64,000 nucleotides of DNA, taken from the NCBI RefSeq assembly GCF_006345805.1, contig NC_042998.1:150598001-150662000 (forward strand), in the 5' to 3' direction. This document shows positions 14,073-25,648 of the stretch, one piece after another. Position numbers and translations under genes: made by a program. The notes beneath the pieces were generated by a model, which saw only the letters and a list, made by a program, of their open reading frames with translations, was not told the origin of the DNA and did no database searches. Origin of the DNA: Octopus sinensis (lineage: Eukaryota). Position 1 is the first letter of the stretch, and each line of letters begins with the position of its first letter.

Positions 14073-14332
14073 TATAAGCACAAACCACAGAGAGTGGCGG
14101 AGTCGGGGACTAGCAAAATCGTCTGGGATTTCCCAATCAAAATAGATGAGGTGATAGAGCATAACAGAACAGACCTGGTAGTCCCCCCCCCATCCTGGTT
14201 CGGCCAGAATAACCAGGAAATAACCAGGATAGCCGAAAAGAACGAATAGCATGGTACCACGAGCTGCAGGTAGGTAAGCCCGCTACGCATGCAAGACTCC
14301 AGGAGCTCCAACAAAACCTGTGATAAAGGGAA

Positions 14333-14391
<59 letters not shown>

Positions 14392-14499
14392 CACATATAT
14401 AAATGTATATATATCTGTATGTATATATATATAAAGATGTATGTGTGTGTGTGTATAGATATATATATTTCAAGGATTTTAATGAAAAAGCTATATATA

Positions 14500-14540
<41 letters not shown>

Positions 14541-14699
14541 TATAAAAGGACGTATGTATATGCATATGTGTGTGTGTGTGTGGTGTGTGTGTGTGTGTGT
14601 GTGTTAAGACTACCATTGTTTTCATGTTAAGAAATTTTCTTAATATCTTACCAATTTTTCAAGCTGATCAAATGGAGGAATGGTGTTCTTATCCATTTT

Positions 14700-15970
14700 G
14701 GATGAAACCAAGAAAGTTCTCGGGAATTCACAATAAGGTCCTGTAAAGAAAACAAGAAATCAAGGGTCACTACTCTTGGATGACACCTGTTGAGTGATTC
14801 TCTCTCTTGGGTTTGACTTTTTGGGTTAAAATCTGCTGGATGAGGAATTTGTTCCCATTATGTTATTTTATATTCTGGGTATGTCTAATGTTCGTATGAT
14901 TGTGTGTTAAGGGATTTCATCAGTGGACGTGTCTTCTATGTGTGGAGATCGTTTGTGGTATATACTCAATGTTCACGTTCAGGGAAAGAAACTATTCTGG
15001 TGGGATCGACGGAGTAGGTGGTGGTTCCTCTTTGAAATGCTGTAGTGTAAAATATTGCTTGTGTATGCAGAGAGTGGTTTCATCCCTGATGTTTATGATA
15101 TTATCTTTTGACAATATGATGTTTAGCTTTTTAGTAATACAAAGCTCGCATTTGGTGCCCTATCCCCTGTATTTTCTGACTTTAGTAATAAAGCTCCATG
15201 TTATCTGGGAATTGCTTACTCTTCATTCTTTCAATATTCATATCATATTGAATAGCGATGTCACATGTCTTTATTTTTGTTCCTGAATGACGCCAGATGT
15301 TGTGTGTATCTTCCCTTGAACGAGTTGCCCGTCATCCCGATATATGTCTTTGCTACTCCGATTTTGGTTTTGTTTATAAGTTCTTTTCCCAGACAGCCGT
15401 AAATCCATATTAGATAATATCATATGATATATCAGAGCATATTCAAACTTTACTCAATGGATATGTATTACTGAAATTATTGAATGGTTTAAGAAAATAG
15501 AAGATAAACCCAAATGCAAATTTATCCAATTTGACATCGTTGAGTTTTACCCCTCGATCTCCAAAAACTTGCTTCAAAAAGCACTTGAATTTGGTAAGGC
15601 ATATGTTACCATAACAAACGTTGATATAAATATAATTATGAACGCAAGGAAGTCGTTACTTTTTCCTAATAGTTCCTACTGGGTAAAAAAGAATGAGAAT
15701 AAGCTATTTCATGTGGCAACCGGGAACTATAATGGTGCAGAGATAGCTGACCTAGTTATCCTTAGAAAAGAAATAAAAGAAGCCAATATGGATTTATATA
15801 AGAACGATAGCCTGGAAGTGGTATACAATAAAAACGGACACGATATGGATAGGATACGGGGAAAATTATGCAAAAGATTTAACCAATTAGGTCGAAGAAC
15901 ACAATTAATACCAACGTGATAGAAGTCAATTTTCTAGAAATGAACATGAAAATAAGAACAGGTAAATTTA
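14700..15970. mobile_element. Penelope-like element with inverted 5' RT segment
   Basis: Minus strand ~15400-15050: KTYIGMTGNSFKGRYTQHLASFRNK...KCELCITKKL...CIHK (GIY-YIG). Plus strand ~15410-15970: FIQFDIVEFYPSIS, VATGNYNGAEIADLV, LYKND (RT). Confidence 0.8.
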
Positions 15971-16004
15971 TATATAAGTGTGTTGTTATTATTATTATTA
16001 TTCA

Positions 16005-16190
16005 ATGGTTAGCACGTCGAGCTAAATGCTTAGCGACATTTCGTCTATCTTAACGTTCTGCGTTCAAATTCCGCCGAGGTTGACTCTCATCCTTTCGGGA
16101 TAGATAAATTAAGTAACAGTGCAACACTGAGGTCAATGTAATCGACTAACCCTCTGCCCCCAAATTCCAGGCCTTATGCCTATAGTAGAA
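16005..16190 (+). mobile_element. SINE fragment (same family as 51086-51318)
   Basis: GTTAGCACG..AAATGCTTAGCG..GTTCAAATTCCGCCGAGGT..CATCCTTTCGGG matches the 51086 copy. Confidence 0.75.
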
Positions 16191-16218
16191 GGATTATTAT
16201 TATTAATATTATTATTAT

Positions 16219-16773
16219 TGAGTGAGAGAGCAGTTCATGCCATCAAAGTGACACTGGGGTAAAATATACGAAGCCCAATATACCCATCATGACTACCCGT
16301 CTGATAAAGGTACACCAGGCACATGCATCACAACCATATGTGCGCGACATGGTGATCTCATATCAAGATAAACAGCACATGACCTTGCAGGTGGAGCCCA
16401 TTTAGAATTTTCTTCAGATCGAGTAACCCATCCCGCTCAAAAGGTCCCTGAATAAGGGTTGTTTAAGGATGTTGAAAGAACCACCCATGTTTCCAGAGGT
16501 GAACTATTCAAACCCCAAAGAATCCCTCTCAACACATGGCTATGATGCTCCCCCACTACTTCTGCTCGTGATCAGAGATGCACATATCGTCAGCCACTAA
16601 GGGACATGCTCAACTGGTTAAGGTCAAACAACTGACAAGCAAATCTGTGGTATTGAGCAGAATATTTGCTGTAGCCCATCTTTTATACCAAGACAAAACA
16701 ATGTACATGATAACACTTCCAATCCGTTAAGATCAGAAGCCATGAGAGCCACTGCCTGGTACTGCATCAGGGC

Positions 16774-16775
<2 letters not shown>
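16219..16775 (-). repeat. ~550-bp interspersed repeat with (TAA)n tail; probable non-LTR 3'UTR or non-autonomous retroposon
   Basis: Reverse-complement homolog of 21820-22340. Both end CTGCTCTCTCACTC(AAT)n and sit in TAA tracts. Confidence 0.75.
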
Positions 16776-16779
<4 letters not shown>

Positions 16780-16816
<37 letters not shown>

Positions 16817-16915
16817 GTCATTATTATTATTATAAAAATGGTCCGTGGCATTTCTTCTGGCCTTTTACTTTCAAACTCCGCGGAGGTCAGCTTTATCTTT
16901 CATGCTTTCGGGTCG

Positions 16916-16981
<66 letters not shown>

Positions 16982-17160
16982 GTCATTATTATTATTATAA
17001 AATGGTCCGTGGCTTTCTTCTGGCCTTTTACTTTCAAACTCCGCGGAGGTCAGCTTTATCTTTCATGCTTCCGGGTCGATAAAATAATACTAGTTGGGCA
17101 CTGGAGACAATGTAATCGACAACCCACCACTCAAAATTTGGCCTTATGTCAAATATTAGA
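16780..17160 (+). repeat. Local ~160-bp duplication of a SINE fragment plus (ATT)n
   Basis: AAATGGTCCGTGGC...CAAACTCCGCGGAGGTCAGCTTTATCTTTCATGCTT occurs at ~16836 and ~16999. Confidence 0.85.
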
Positions 17161-17402
17161 AAGAACTACTTTTATAATTAATTTTAATGAACAAAAGTTA
17201 CTAAGTGGCTTAAAACCCGAGAGTTTTATGCCATGTGTGTGTTTATGAATATATATATATATATAATATATATATATATCTATATATATATATATATGTA
17301 AATACACACATACATACATACATACAAACAAACATACATATATATCTACATTCATACATACATATATATATATATTAACATATATACATACATACATATA
17401 CA

Positions 17403-17435
<33 letters not shown>

Positions 17436-17929
17436 GTATGTATACATTTACTTATGTATGTATATACGTATATATAGATAATTGCACTCTCTTCCGAATT
17501 CTTTGATTGACTCCTTCGTAATTAGATAGCAAGCCTAATTAATTAACGCACCAAATAATACTTTGTACTCCACAAGACTTTCCTTTTTCACTAAGCTCCA
17601 GACATCTTTCCGTAAGCAACGCTGAAGGCTTTCAAAGACATCATTTCCACCACCCCACCTGCCCCGCCCCACAGCTACATCGTCCTCCCTGAAATCTAGT
17701 TACCTTGTGCCTATGTTAGATAACACTATTATTTTCGTTAACGGTGGGGGGTTGCAACCGAGAGAGGGGGGAAGGAGAATGCTGGTTTGGGGATAGGGTG
17801 GGGGGTGAGGACGAAACTGTAACAGGAGATATTGTTTGTTTTTCCTGACTTACGCATGTTGTTTTTGTTATTGATGTTGCTGTTGTTGGTGTACAGTTTC
17901 AAGATATGTATGCGTTTGTATGCGTGTAT

Positions 17930-17972
<43 letters not shown>

Positions 17973-18254
17973 CATGCGTGTGCACTTGTATGCATGTGTG
18001 TATGTGTCTGTGGGTGTGTGTCACTTCAGTTTCAATGTTCGCGCGCGCGTGTGAGACTGCTTGTGTGAGCACTTCTGTGCATGACTTGAATGAATAAATA
18101 CCAGCGTATGGTTGTGTGCGTGTGCATGAATATATATATATATATATGAATGTGTGTCTATTTGTGTGTGTGTGTGTACGCATGTATGTGTTCATAGATA
18201 TATACGTGGCGGGTGTCAACAAATATGCCCATTTATATATGTAAATATATATAT

Positions 18255-18290
<36 letters not shown>

Positions 18291-18854
18291 AGTATATATA
18301 TTTATATATACTCACACATACATACGTATATATGCATATGTATGTGTGTGTGCTTGCATGTGTCTGTCTATGCGTATGTGTATATACATAGAGACACATT
18401 TATATGTCTGTATATATGTATGTTTGAGATTTTGTGTAAATTTGTATGTATGCGTGTTTGTGCGTGTACGTGTGTGTTCTTGTGTGTTTATGTGTTTGTG
18501 TTTGTGTGTGTATGTGTGTGAGTGCGTGCATGTGTGTGTGTGTGCGTGTGCATATGTGTGTGTGTGTGTGTGTGCGTGTCAGTGTGTATGCATAAGTTTG
18601 TTGTGTCATGGCATGCCGATAATGACATTCTCTTCTGCAAGCACCGATGCAAAGACGCCTGGAATTCCTATGACTTGCACAGATTTCAAACGAAGCGAAG
18701 AACAAGATTCTTGAAACAATAAAAGAAAAGAAAAAAAGAATGTTTATATAGCATGCTCGTCTCTGTGTGTGTCTGTAGGCGACTGTGTGCGTGTATAATT
18801 AAGTGTCTGACAGTGTGTGTGTATGTAGATATGGGTATGTGTATAAATACATGC

Positions 18855-18914
<60 letters not shown>

Positions 18915-19058
18915 AATGCGTGTGTATATAAAAGGGTGTGTAAGTGTGGATATATGTACATACGTGTGCGTGCGTGTGTATATGCGTGTCTGTGTGTACA
19001 TATATGTGTTCGTCTTTGCTTGTCGACGGAGAAAGTGAATGTATGTATGTGTGTGTGT

Positions 19059-19100
<42 letters not shown>

Positions 19101-19289
19101 GCACACACACACACATAATATACATAAACATATATATTAATCTGCATGCATGTGTGTGTGTGCGTATGTACCCATGTATGTATGTCTTATTTAAAAGTGT
19201 ACTGAGTGTGTAATTGTGTCAAAGTGAGCCTGGAGTGCGAATGTGGGTATGGTGTGTGGAAGGGGGTGAGTGTGTGCATGTGTATGTGT

Positions 19290-19328
<39 letters not shown>

Positions 19329-19775
19329 TGTGTGTGTGTGTGTGAAATATGGATGTATGCAATAAGTTTAACAACAACGAGAACAACAAAAGCCACATCC
19401 ACAACAAGACTATAGAAACATGCCTATACAGTCGCTTTGAGATCGATCATATTGCATGTCATCTCGGGCAAGTATCTTCTACCGCCAACTCGGCTTCATA
19501 AAATTGCTGGAGCGCTTGTTAGATGAGATCTCTACAGTTCCTCCTTGGATCATTCTGTTTCTACGTTATGGCCTTGATCCATCGCCCGATTTAACACTAC
19601 CACCTGATCCTTAGATGACATTAACGGAAACAAGCACTGTGGCCTGGTTCAAAGTCTTCAAACTTCCTCCCACATTATTCTGGGAAATCCACGAATGGGT
19701 CAAAAGCGTCGCTTTTCCTTCTCTTAGTACAATAAAAGCAAAAATAAGAAGGAAAACAAAAACAAAGCAAAGTTA

Positions 19776-19809
<34 letters not shown>

Positions 19810-19810
19810 G

Positions 19811-19875
<65 letters not shown>

Positions 19876-19885
19876 TATAATAATA

Positions 19886-21815
19886 ACCACACTAACTTTG
19901 AACAGTGACAATGAATCTCTAAATGCTGGTGATGTAAAAATTCATGTGGCATTTTCCTCTCTCAAAACTGCTCAATGATGCGCAGTACGGATATAAAATG
20001 TTTGATAAAAATATAAATCATCTCATTTACATGGATGATTTAAAGCTCTTTGCAAAAAATGACCAACAACTCAAGGGCTTACTAGCGATTGTCAAACAAT
20101 TCAGTGATGACATCAGAATGCAATTTGGCCTCGATAAATGCGCAAAAGCTACCTTTATCAAAGGAAAAATGACAGAAACATCTAATGTTAACCTTGACCA
20201 GCAGAATGTCATAAAAGAATTAGACCCAGCAGAGAACTACAAGTATCTAGGGATAATTGAAGGAGAAGGAATAAGGCATTCAGAGATGAAGGAAAGGATC
20301 AGGAGAGAATGCTATCGCAGAGTAAGAGCAATACTCAAGACAGAGCTGAATGCGAGAAACAGGATCGAAGCGATCAATGCATTAGCCATACCAGTCGTGA
20401 CTTACAGTTTCAGTATCGTTAACTGGTCAATCACTGAAATATGTAATCTTGACAGAAAAATACGAAAACTGTTGACAATGCATAGAATGCACCACCCTAA
20501 GGCAGATACAGAACGACTTTATCTGCCAAGAAAAGAGGGAGGCCGTGGACTTTTACAACTGGCAATAACAATGAAGATTGCTACAATTGGCCTAGACACC
20601 TACCTGAAAAACTCTGAGGACTGGATGTTAAAACTTGTCTCAAAACATGAAAACAAGAAAGCATCATACTCAGTAACAAAACAAGCAAAGGAATATCTAA
20701 GTGAATTCCGAATACAACAAATTTCGGAATTAGAGATAGACATACAAGAAACAGGCACAGAAAAAGCTAGGCGCATGAAAACCCGTGCTAAATCTGCGGC
20801 CTTAGATATTCTGAATGATAAATGGCAAGAAAAACCTCTCTATGGCAAATACCCAAAGAGAGCAAATAATGCAGATGTTGACAAAGCCCTGACCCATCAA
20901 TGGCTAATGGCCTCTGGCTTAAAATCTGAAACAGAGGGGTTTATCATAGCAGCTCAAGATCAATGCCTACCAACAAGAAACTACCAGGCCAACATATTAA
21001 AGATCAGAAGCAGTCCAACGTGTCGTATATGCAAGCAACAAAATGAAACCATTGACCATGTGGTCTCCAAGTGCAGTCTTCTAGCGCCTACAGAATATCT
21101 CAACAGGCACGATAGAGCTGCACAATATATTCACTGGGTAATCTGTAAAAACCTGGATTTGCCCCATGAAAAAAACTGGTGGGAACACAAACCACCCCCA
21201 GTGCTTGAAAATGACCACATTTCACTCCTCTGGAACTTCGCCATTCAAACTGACAGAAAGATAGATGCAAATAGGCCAAGACATCATATTGAAAGACTTC
21301 AAACAAAGAACATGCCTCCTCATTGATATGACTGTCCCAATCGATATAAACGTATCTGTCAAGACCTACCAAAAACTGAGCAAATATAAAGATCTTGAAA
21401 TAGAAATCAGCAAAATGTGGAAGCTGAAGACTAAAACAATACCTGTTGTCATAGGTGCCCTGGGAATGATAGCAAAAGGGGCAGATAGCTACGTAACTCA
21501 GATACCAGGAAACCCAAAAATGGCAGAAATTCAAAAGATAGTGCTCATGGGAACTGCTCATATCCTACGCAAAATACTTTCTATGTAATCTCAAGGTTTA
21601 AAACAAACATAAGTTTCGGTTTAAAAAAAAAAAAAAAAAATTTTTTTTTAGACATTCATTAGTACAACACCCCACCCCCCAAATATATGGCACACCAGGC
21701 ATAACAACAACATGAACTTCCAACCCTGTTGTCTCTTGAGGTCTCTGGGTGAGACTTGGAGCCAACTTGTACAAATATAAAGCAAAAGTCAAACATAGAA
21801 TAATAATAATAATAA
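19886..21815 (+). mobile_element. R4/Dong-type non-LTR retrotransposon (RT + CCHC + RLE), 5'-truncated
   Basis: YMDD (20028-20039), YKYLG, RLYLPRKEGGRGL, CRICKQQNETIDHVVSKC zinc knuckle, NRP/DI..LIDMTVP..K..KY.DL RLE domain. One frameshift near 21275. 3'UTR ends in (TAA)n and the 5' end abuts (TAA)n. Confidence 0.95.
19944..21588 (+). pseudogene. R4/Dong RT-RLE ORF remnant (460 aa + 107 aa)
   Basis: ORFs 19944-21326 and 21265-21588. The RT QGD motif is deleted at the 5' end (CGIF is joined directly to PLSKLL). Confidence 0.9.
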
Positions 21816-21819
21816 TTGC

Positions 21820-22340
21820 TGTTACAGGTAGTAGCATCATGGCCTCTGATTTTAACTGATTGGATGTGTTATCATGTACATGTTTTGTCTTGGTATAAAA
21901 GATAGATTACAGCAAATATTTTGCTCATTACCACAGATGTGTTTGTCAGTTGTTTGACTGTAACCAGTTGAACATGTCCCTTAATGGCTGACGATATGAG
22001 CACCTCTGATCACATGCAGAAGTAGTTGGGGAGTATCATAGCCAAGTGTTGAGAGCAAATCTGTTGGGTATTTCAGGTCCGGAAACATTGATGTTTCGTT
22101 CAACATCATTAAACAACCCTTATTCAGGGACCTTTTGAGCGGGATGGGCTACTCAATCTGAAGAAAATTCTAACTGGGCCCCACCTGCAAGGTCATATAC
22201 TGTTTATTTTGATATGAGATCACCATTATCGCGCACACATAGTTGTGATGCATGTGACAGTTAGTAATGATGGATATATTGGGCTTCGTATAGTTGTATC
22301 TCAGTGACACTTTGATGGTATGCGCTGCTCTCTCACTCAA
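21820..22340 (+). repeat. Second copy of the ~550-bp (TAA)n-tailed repeat
   Basis: Inverted homolog of 16219-16775, followed by a long (AAT)n. Confidence 0.75.
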
Positions 22341-22358
22341 TAATAATAATAATAATAA

Positions 22359-22422
<64 letters not shown>

Positions 22423-22439
22423 GCAATAATAATAATACT

Positions 22440-23200
22440 CTTAATTGTAAATCTGCGAAATCAAGATTGACATGACTTGGTTCTGATGATAATAACAAAG
22501 TAAACTGTAACTGTGGAGGCACTCAAACTTGCCCACTGGAGCAGGCTTGCAAGATTAGCTCAGTCATTTTCGAAGGTTGAAGCACTTCAGTTCTACAAAA
22601 TAACAAAACTCAAAAGAAAAAGTATATTGGTATATGCGAAAGTGATTTTAAAAAAGATACGCCAACCACCAGTCTTCTTTCCGATAAGAAGAAAACTACA
22701 AAGTTAGCCTGAAACCAACAATACACCACACACCATCAAGTGAAACATCATAGAACGATCCATGCCATCCGTTAATGAGTAATGAAAGTGCAGATGCCGA
22801 AATAACTCATATCCTTTCTATATCTAAGAACTCTACCGACCTACAGAATTCTAAATCCGAAATTTTTAATAAGTATAACTATCTCTCGATTAAGGATGAA
22901 GTCACCCAAATTTTAAAATTTACCCGTTGATTTGATTACATTAACCATATTAATTCCCATTCTAACGGACCAAAGGGACGCAGCTCTTATCTTCTTTCCC
23001 ACTATACTTCTTTTTTCATTTTTTCTCGTTTTACTTTTTAGCTTTTACTCTTTTCCTCTCGTACTTTCTGGGTCTTTCTTCCTTTTTGTCAAAGAGCAGC
23101 CATATTGTAAGTCTGCATGTTTGACTGAAAATAAATGGAACTCTATACAAGCTTGTCTGACAATTGTATTATCAAAAGTATGAAACTAATTGTAGTTTGA
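22440..23200 (+). mobile_element. Penelope-like element GIY-YIG/3' fragment (CxCx5C linker type)
   Basis: NCNCGGTQTCPLEQACKISSVIF...KKKYIGICESDF..RYANHQSSFR, interrupted by stops and frameshifts. Confidence 0.75.
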
Positions 23201-23350
23201 ATTTAAATCCTGAATTTTGAATTATATTTATCTCACTGGATGAAGTACTTCTTTGTTGATCACACCAATAAGAGAACAAGATACTGCATATGCATATGTA
23301 TGTATATGTATGTATATACACACATATCTATCTATCTCTCTCTCTTTCTC

Positions 23351-23439
<89 letters not shown>

Positions 23440-24136
23440 TCTTTATTCTTTCAGGATCAGTAATAAAGTACCAGGCCAGGATGGTGGAAATGTTAAAGGG
23501 AGGAGATAATGTTTTGCAGTTCTCTTCTGGCGTTCTGAGTTCAAATCGGAATTTCGGTTACCGAAAAAAAAAACCGTGGTATTTCTGTCATGAGTTACAA
23601 CCGACAGGTAAAATCGGTAACGGATGAATGAAGGAAAAAAAATTCTTTGGTTCGAATGGAAAATCGGCTAAGATGTAATGTAAAATTTGTATATCTCATT
23701 TAGTTTTTCATATAACCTGATATATGCCATAATAGCTAACAGCTAAATTACGAGCTAAAGCAATCAAAGATTGCTTCGATATTATCCTGAATGATTTCGA
23801 ACGTCCATCTTTATTTATTGGTGAGATGCCAGAACAAACGTTTATGATCTAAATGAAGCAAACTAACGTGAAAAAATTGTACCACCTAAGCATCTGATGT
23901 GATACAGATACATAAGAACTAATTATTTACTGGTTATTTACCATAATGTCCCTTCATTGGAATGATATTTTCCATTCTTCACAAAGAAGATAACATCTAT
24001 AATTAGACCTTGAAAAATAATCTTAATTAAACTTGAACTCTCTACATCATGGCAGTGATGTAACAATGTCGACAGTCAAATTGTTGAGGAGTCGTTTGGA
24101 CAATAATGATCCCGGGCTGGTACACGCATTTATATA

Positions 24137-24410
24137 TAGGTTAGTTAAAATATGTTTGTGACGTATTTCAACTTTTAAAGGCAAATTCACTGCTGTTGCT
24201 GCGGAGAAAAAAAAATTCTCTTTTATGGTGAACAGGTGTAAAAACACCAAATTTATCCCGTGCTGCTCCCTGTCAGATTCCCAGATAGGGGCAAGCATAT
24301 GGTATTTTTACACCTTTTTATCATAAAAGAGAATCTTTTTCTCTACACTAGCTGCAGTGAACTTGCCTTCAGCAGTTGAAATATGTCACAAATTTATCTT
24401 AACTAACCTA
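24137..24410. mobile_element. Foldback element/MITE (~275-bp imperfect hairpin)
   Basis: TAGGTTAGTTAA...GTGACGTATTTCAAC...GGCAAATTCACTGC...CTCTTTTATG...AGGTGTAAAAA is mirrored by TTTTTACACCT...CATAAAAGAG...GCAGTGAACTTGCC...GTTGAAATATGTCAC...TTAACTAACCTA. Confidence 0.85.
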
Positions 24411-24461
24411 AACTTCGCTTACACCTAAACATTGCTTGGCGCTGACACTGCTTTAACATAA

Positions 24462-24496
<35 letters not shown>

Positions 24497-24710
24497 TAAG
24501 AAATTAGATTAATGACAAGAGAATAAGAAATTATGTCATAAACTTCATTAGCTTACAATGCACTCATAACCTAACGGTTTTGTACTCGACTGCTGCTTTG
24601 TTCTGAGCATATGTATGTTGAGTTCTAACCCTAGGTTATTAATATCGCTGTGCCTAAACGAAATAATAATAATAATAATAATAATTATAATAATAATAAT
24701 AATAATAATG

Positions 24711-24741
<31 letters not shown>

Positions 24742-25146
24742 CAATAATAATATGTACATATATGTGTGTGCTTGTGTATTATTGTGTCTGGGGAGAGTCA
24801 TTCACTTTTAGTGCGTTATTACTTAACACACACACCGGTTCGATTTCCACTCATTTACTTATTTGCTTTTTCTAAAATTGTCATTGCGTCTTGCAACCTT
24901 TTCAGTAGTCGTTCACTCTCAACGACTATTGAAAAGGTTACAAGACGCAACGAAAATTTTAGAAAAAATAAAGAAGTAAATGATTGGAAATCGAACAGGT
25001 GTGTGTGTTAAATAATAAGACACTAAAAGAGAATGACTCTCTCCAGACACAATAAAATATGCTTCAACACACGAATTCAATTCACATTAATCTTGCATTA
25101 ATCTTGCAAACCAAATACAATAAGGAAATATATATTTATATATATT

Positions 25147-25194
<48 letters not shown>

Positions 25195-25389
25195 TGTGTG
25201 TATGTGTGTGTATGTGTGTGTGTGTGTGGTGTGTGTGTGTGTGGTGTGTGTGTGTGTGTGTGTGTACGGAAGATCCAGTGGAATAATCAGAAGGTAGCCA
25301 GATGCCACATAAGTGTCCTAGGAATCAGCGATCACATTTGTGTGAGAGTTAATTTCATGGAGAAGCGAGACGTATTTTGGAAAACATAG

Positions 25390-25603
25390 GAAAAATTGAA
25401 AATGGAGACAAACACCCAAGTTGTAATTAAATCATTTATATCTTCATATCATCGACTTATGTTTCGATGGATGCATTCAAAATAAACCCAACAGGATGAA
25501 TAACGTGGAGCAATGCATCGATCTTATCAGGGAGGATATAAACAACTGTGTGTATCAATTAGACATTTTAACAGATGTAAGAAACTCCAATATGTGACGT
25601 TTG

Positions 25604-25648
<45 letters not shown>

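Larger units (their letters stand above)
12676..14335 (+). mobile_element. 5'-truncated R4/Dong-type RLE LINE 3' end, split by a mariner
   Basis: Left part reads LCRICNR...KLCEKWEAERGKRWY and the right part resumes KHKPQRVAESGTSKIVWDFPIKIDEVIEHNRTDLVV (CCHC-to-RLE region). (TAA)n on both flanks. Confidence 0.75.

Noticed and set aside
14850-14930. Minus-strand CTGATGA downstream of the PLE GIY-YIG
   Set aside because: The position fits a pLTR HHR, but no GAAA-NUH and helix I could be assembled.
23120-23200. CTGAAAA...GAAAC-TAATT-GTA after a PLE fragment
   Set aside because: Core mismatch and no helix I.
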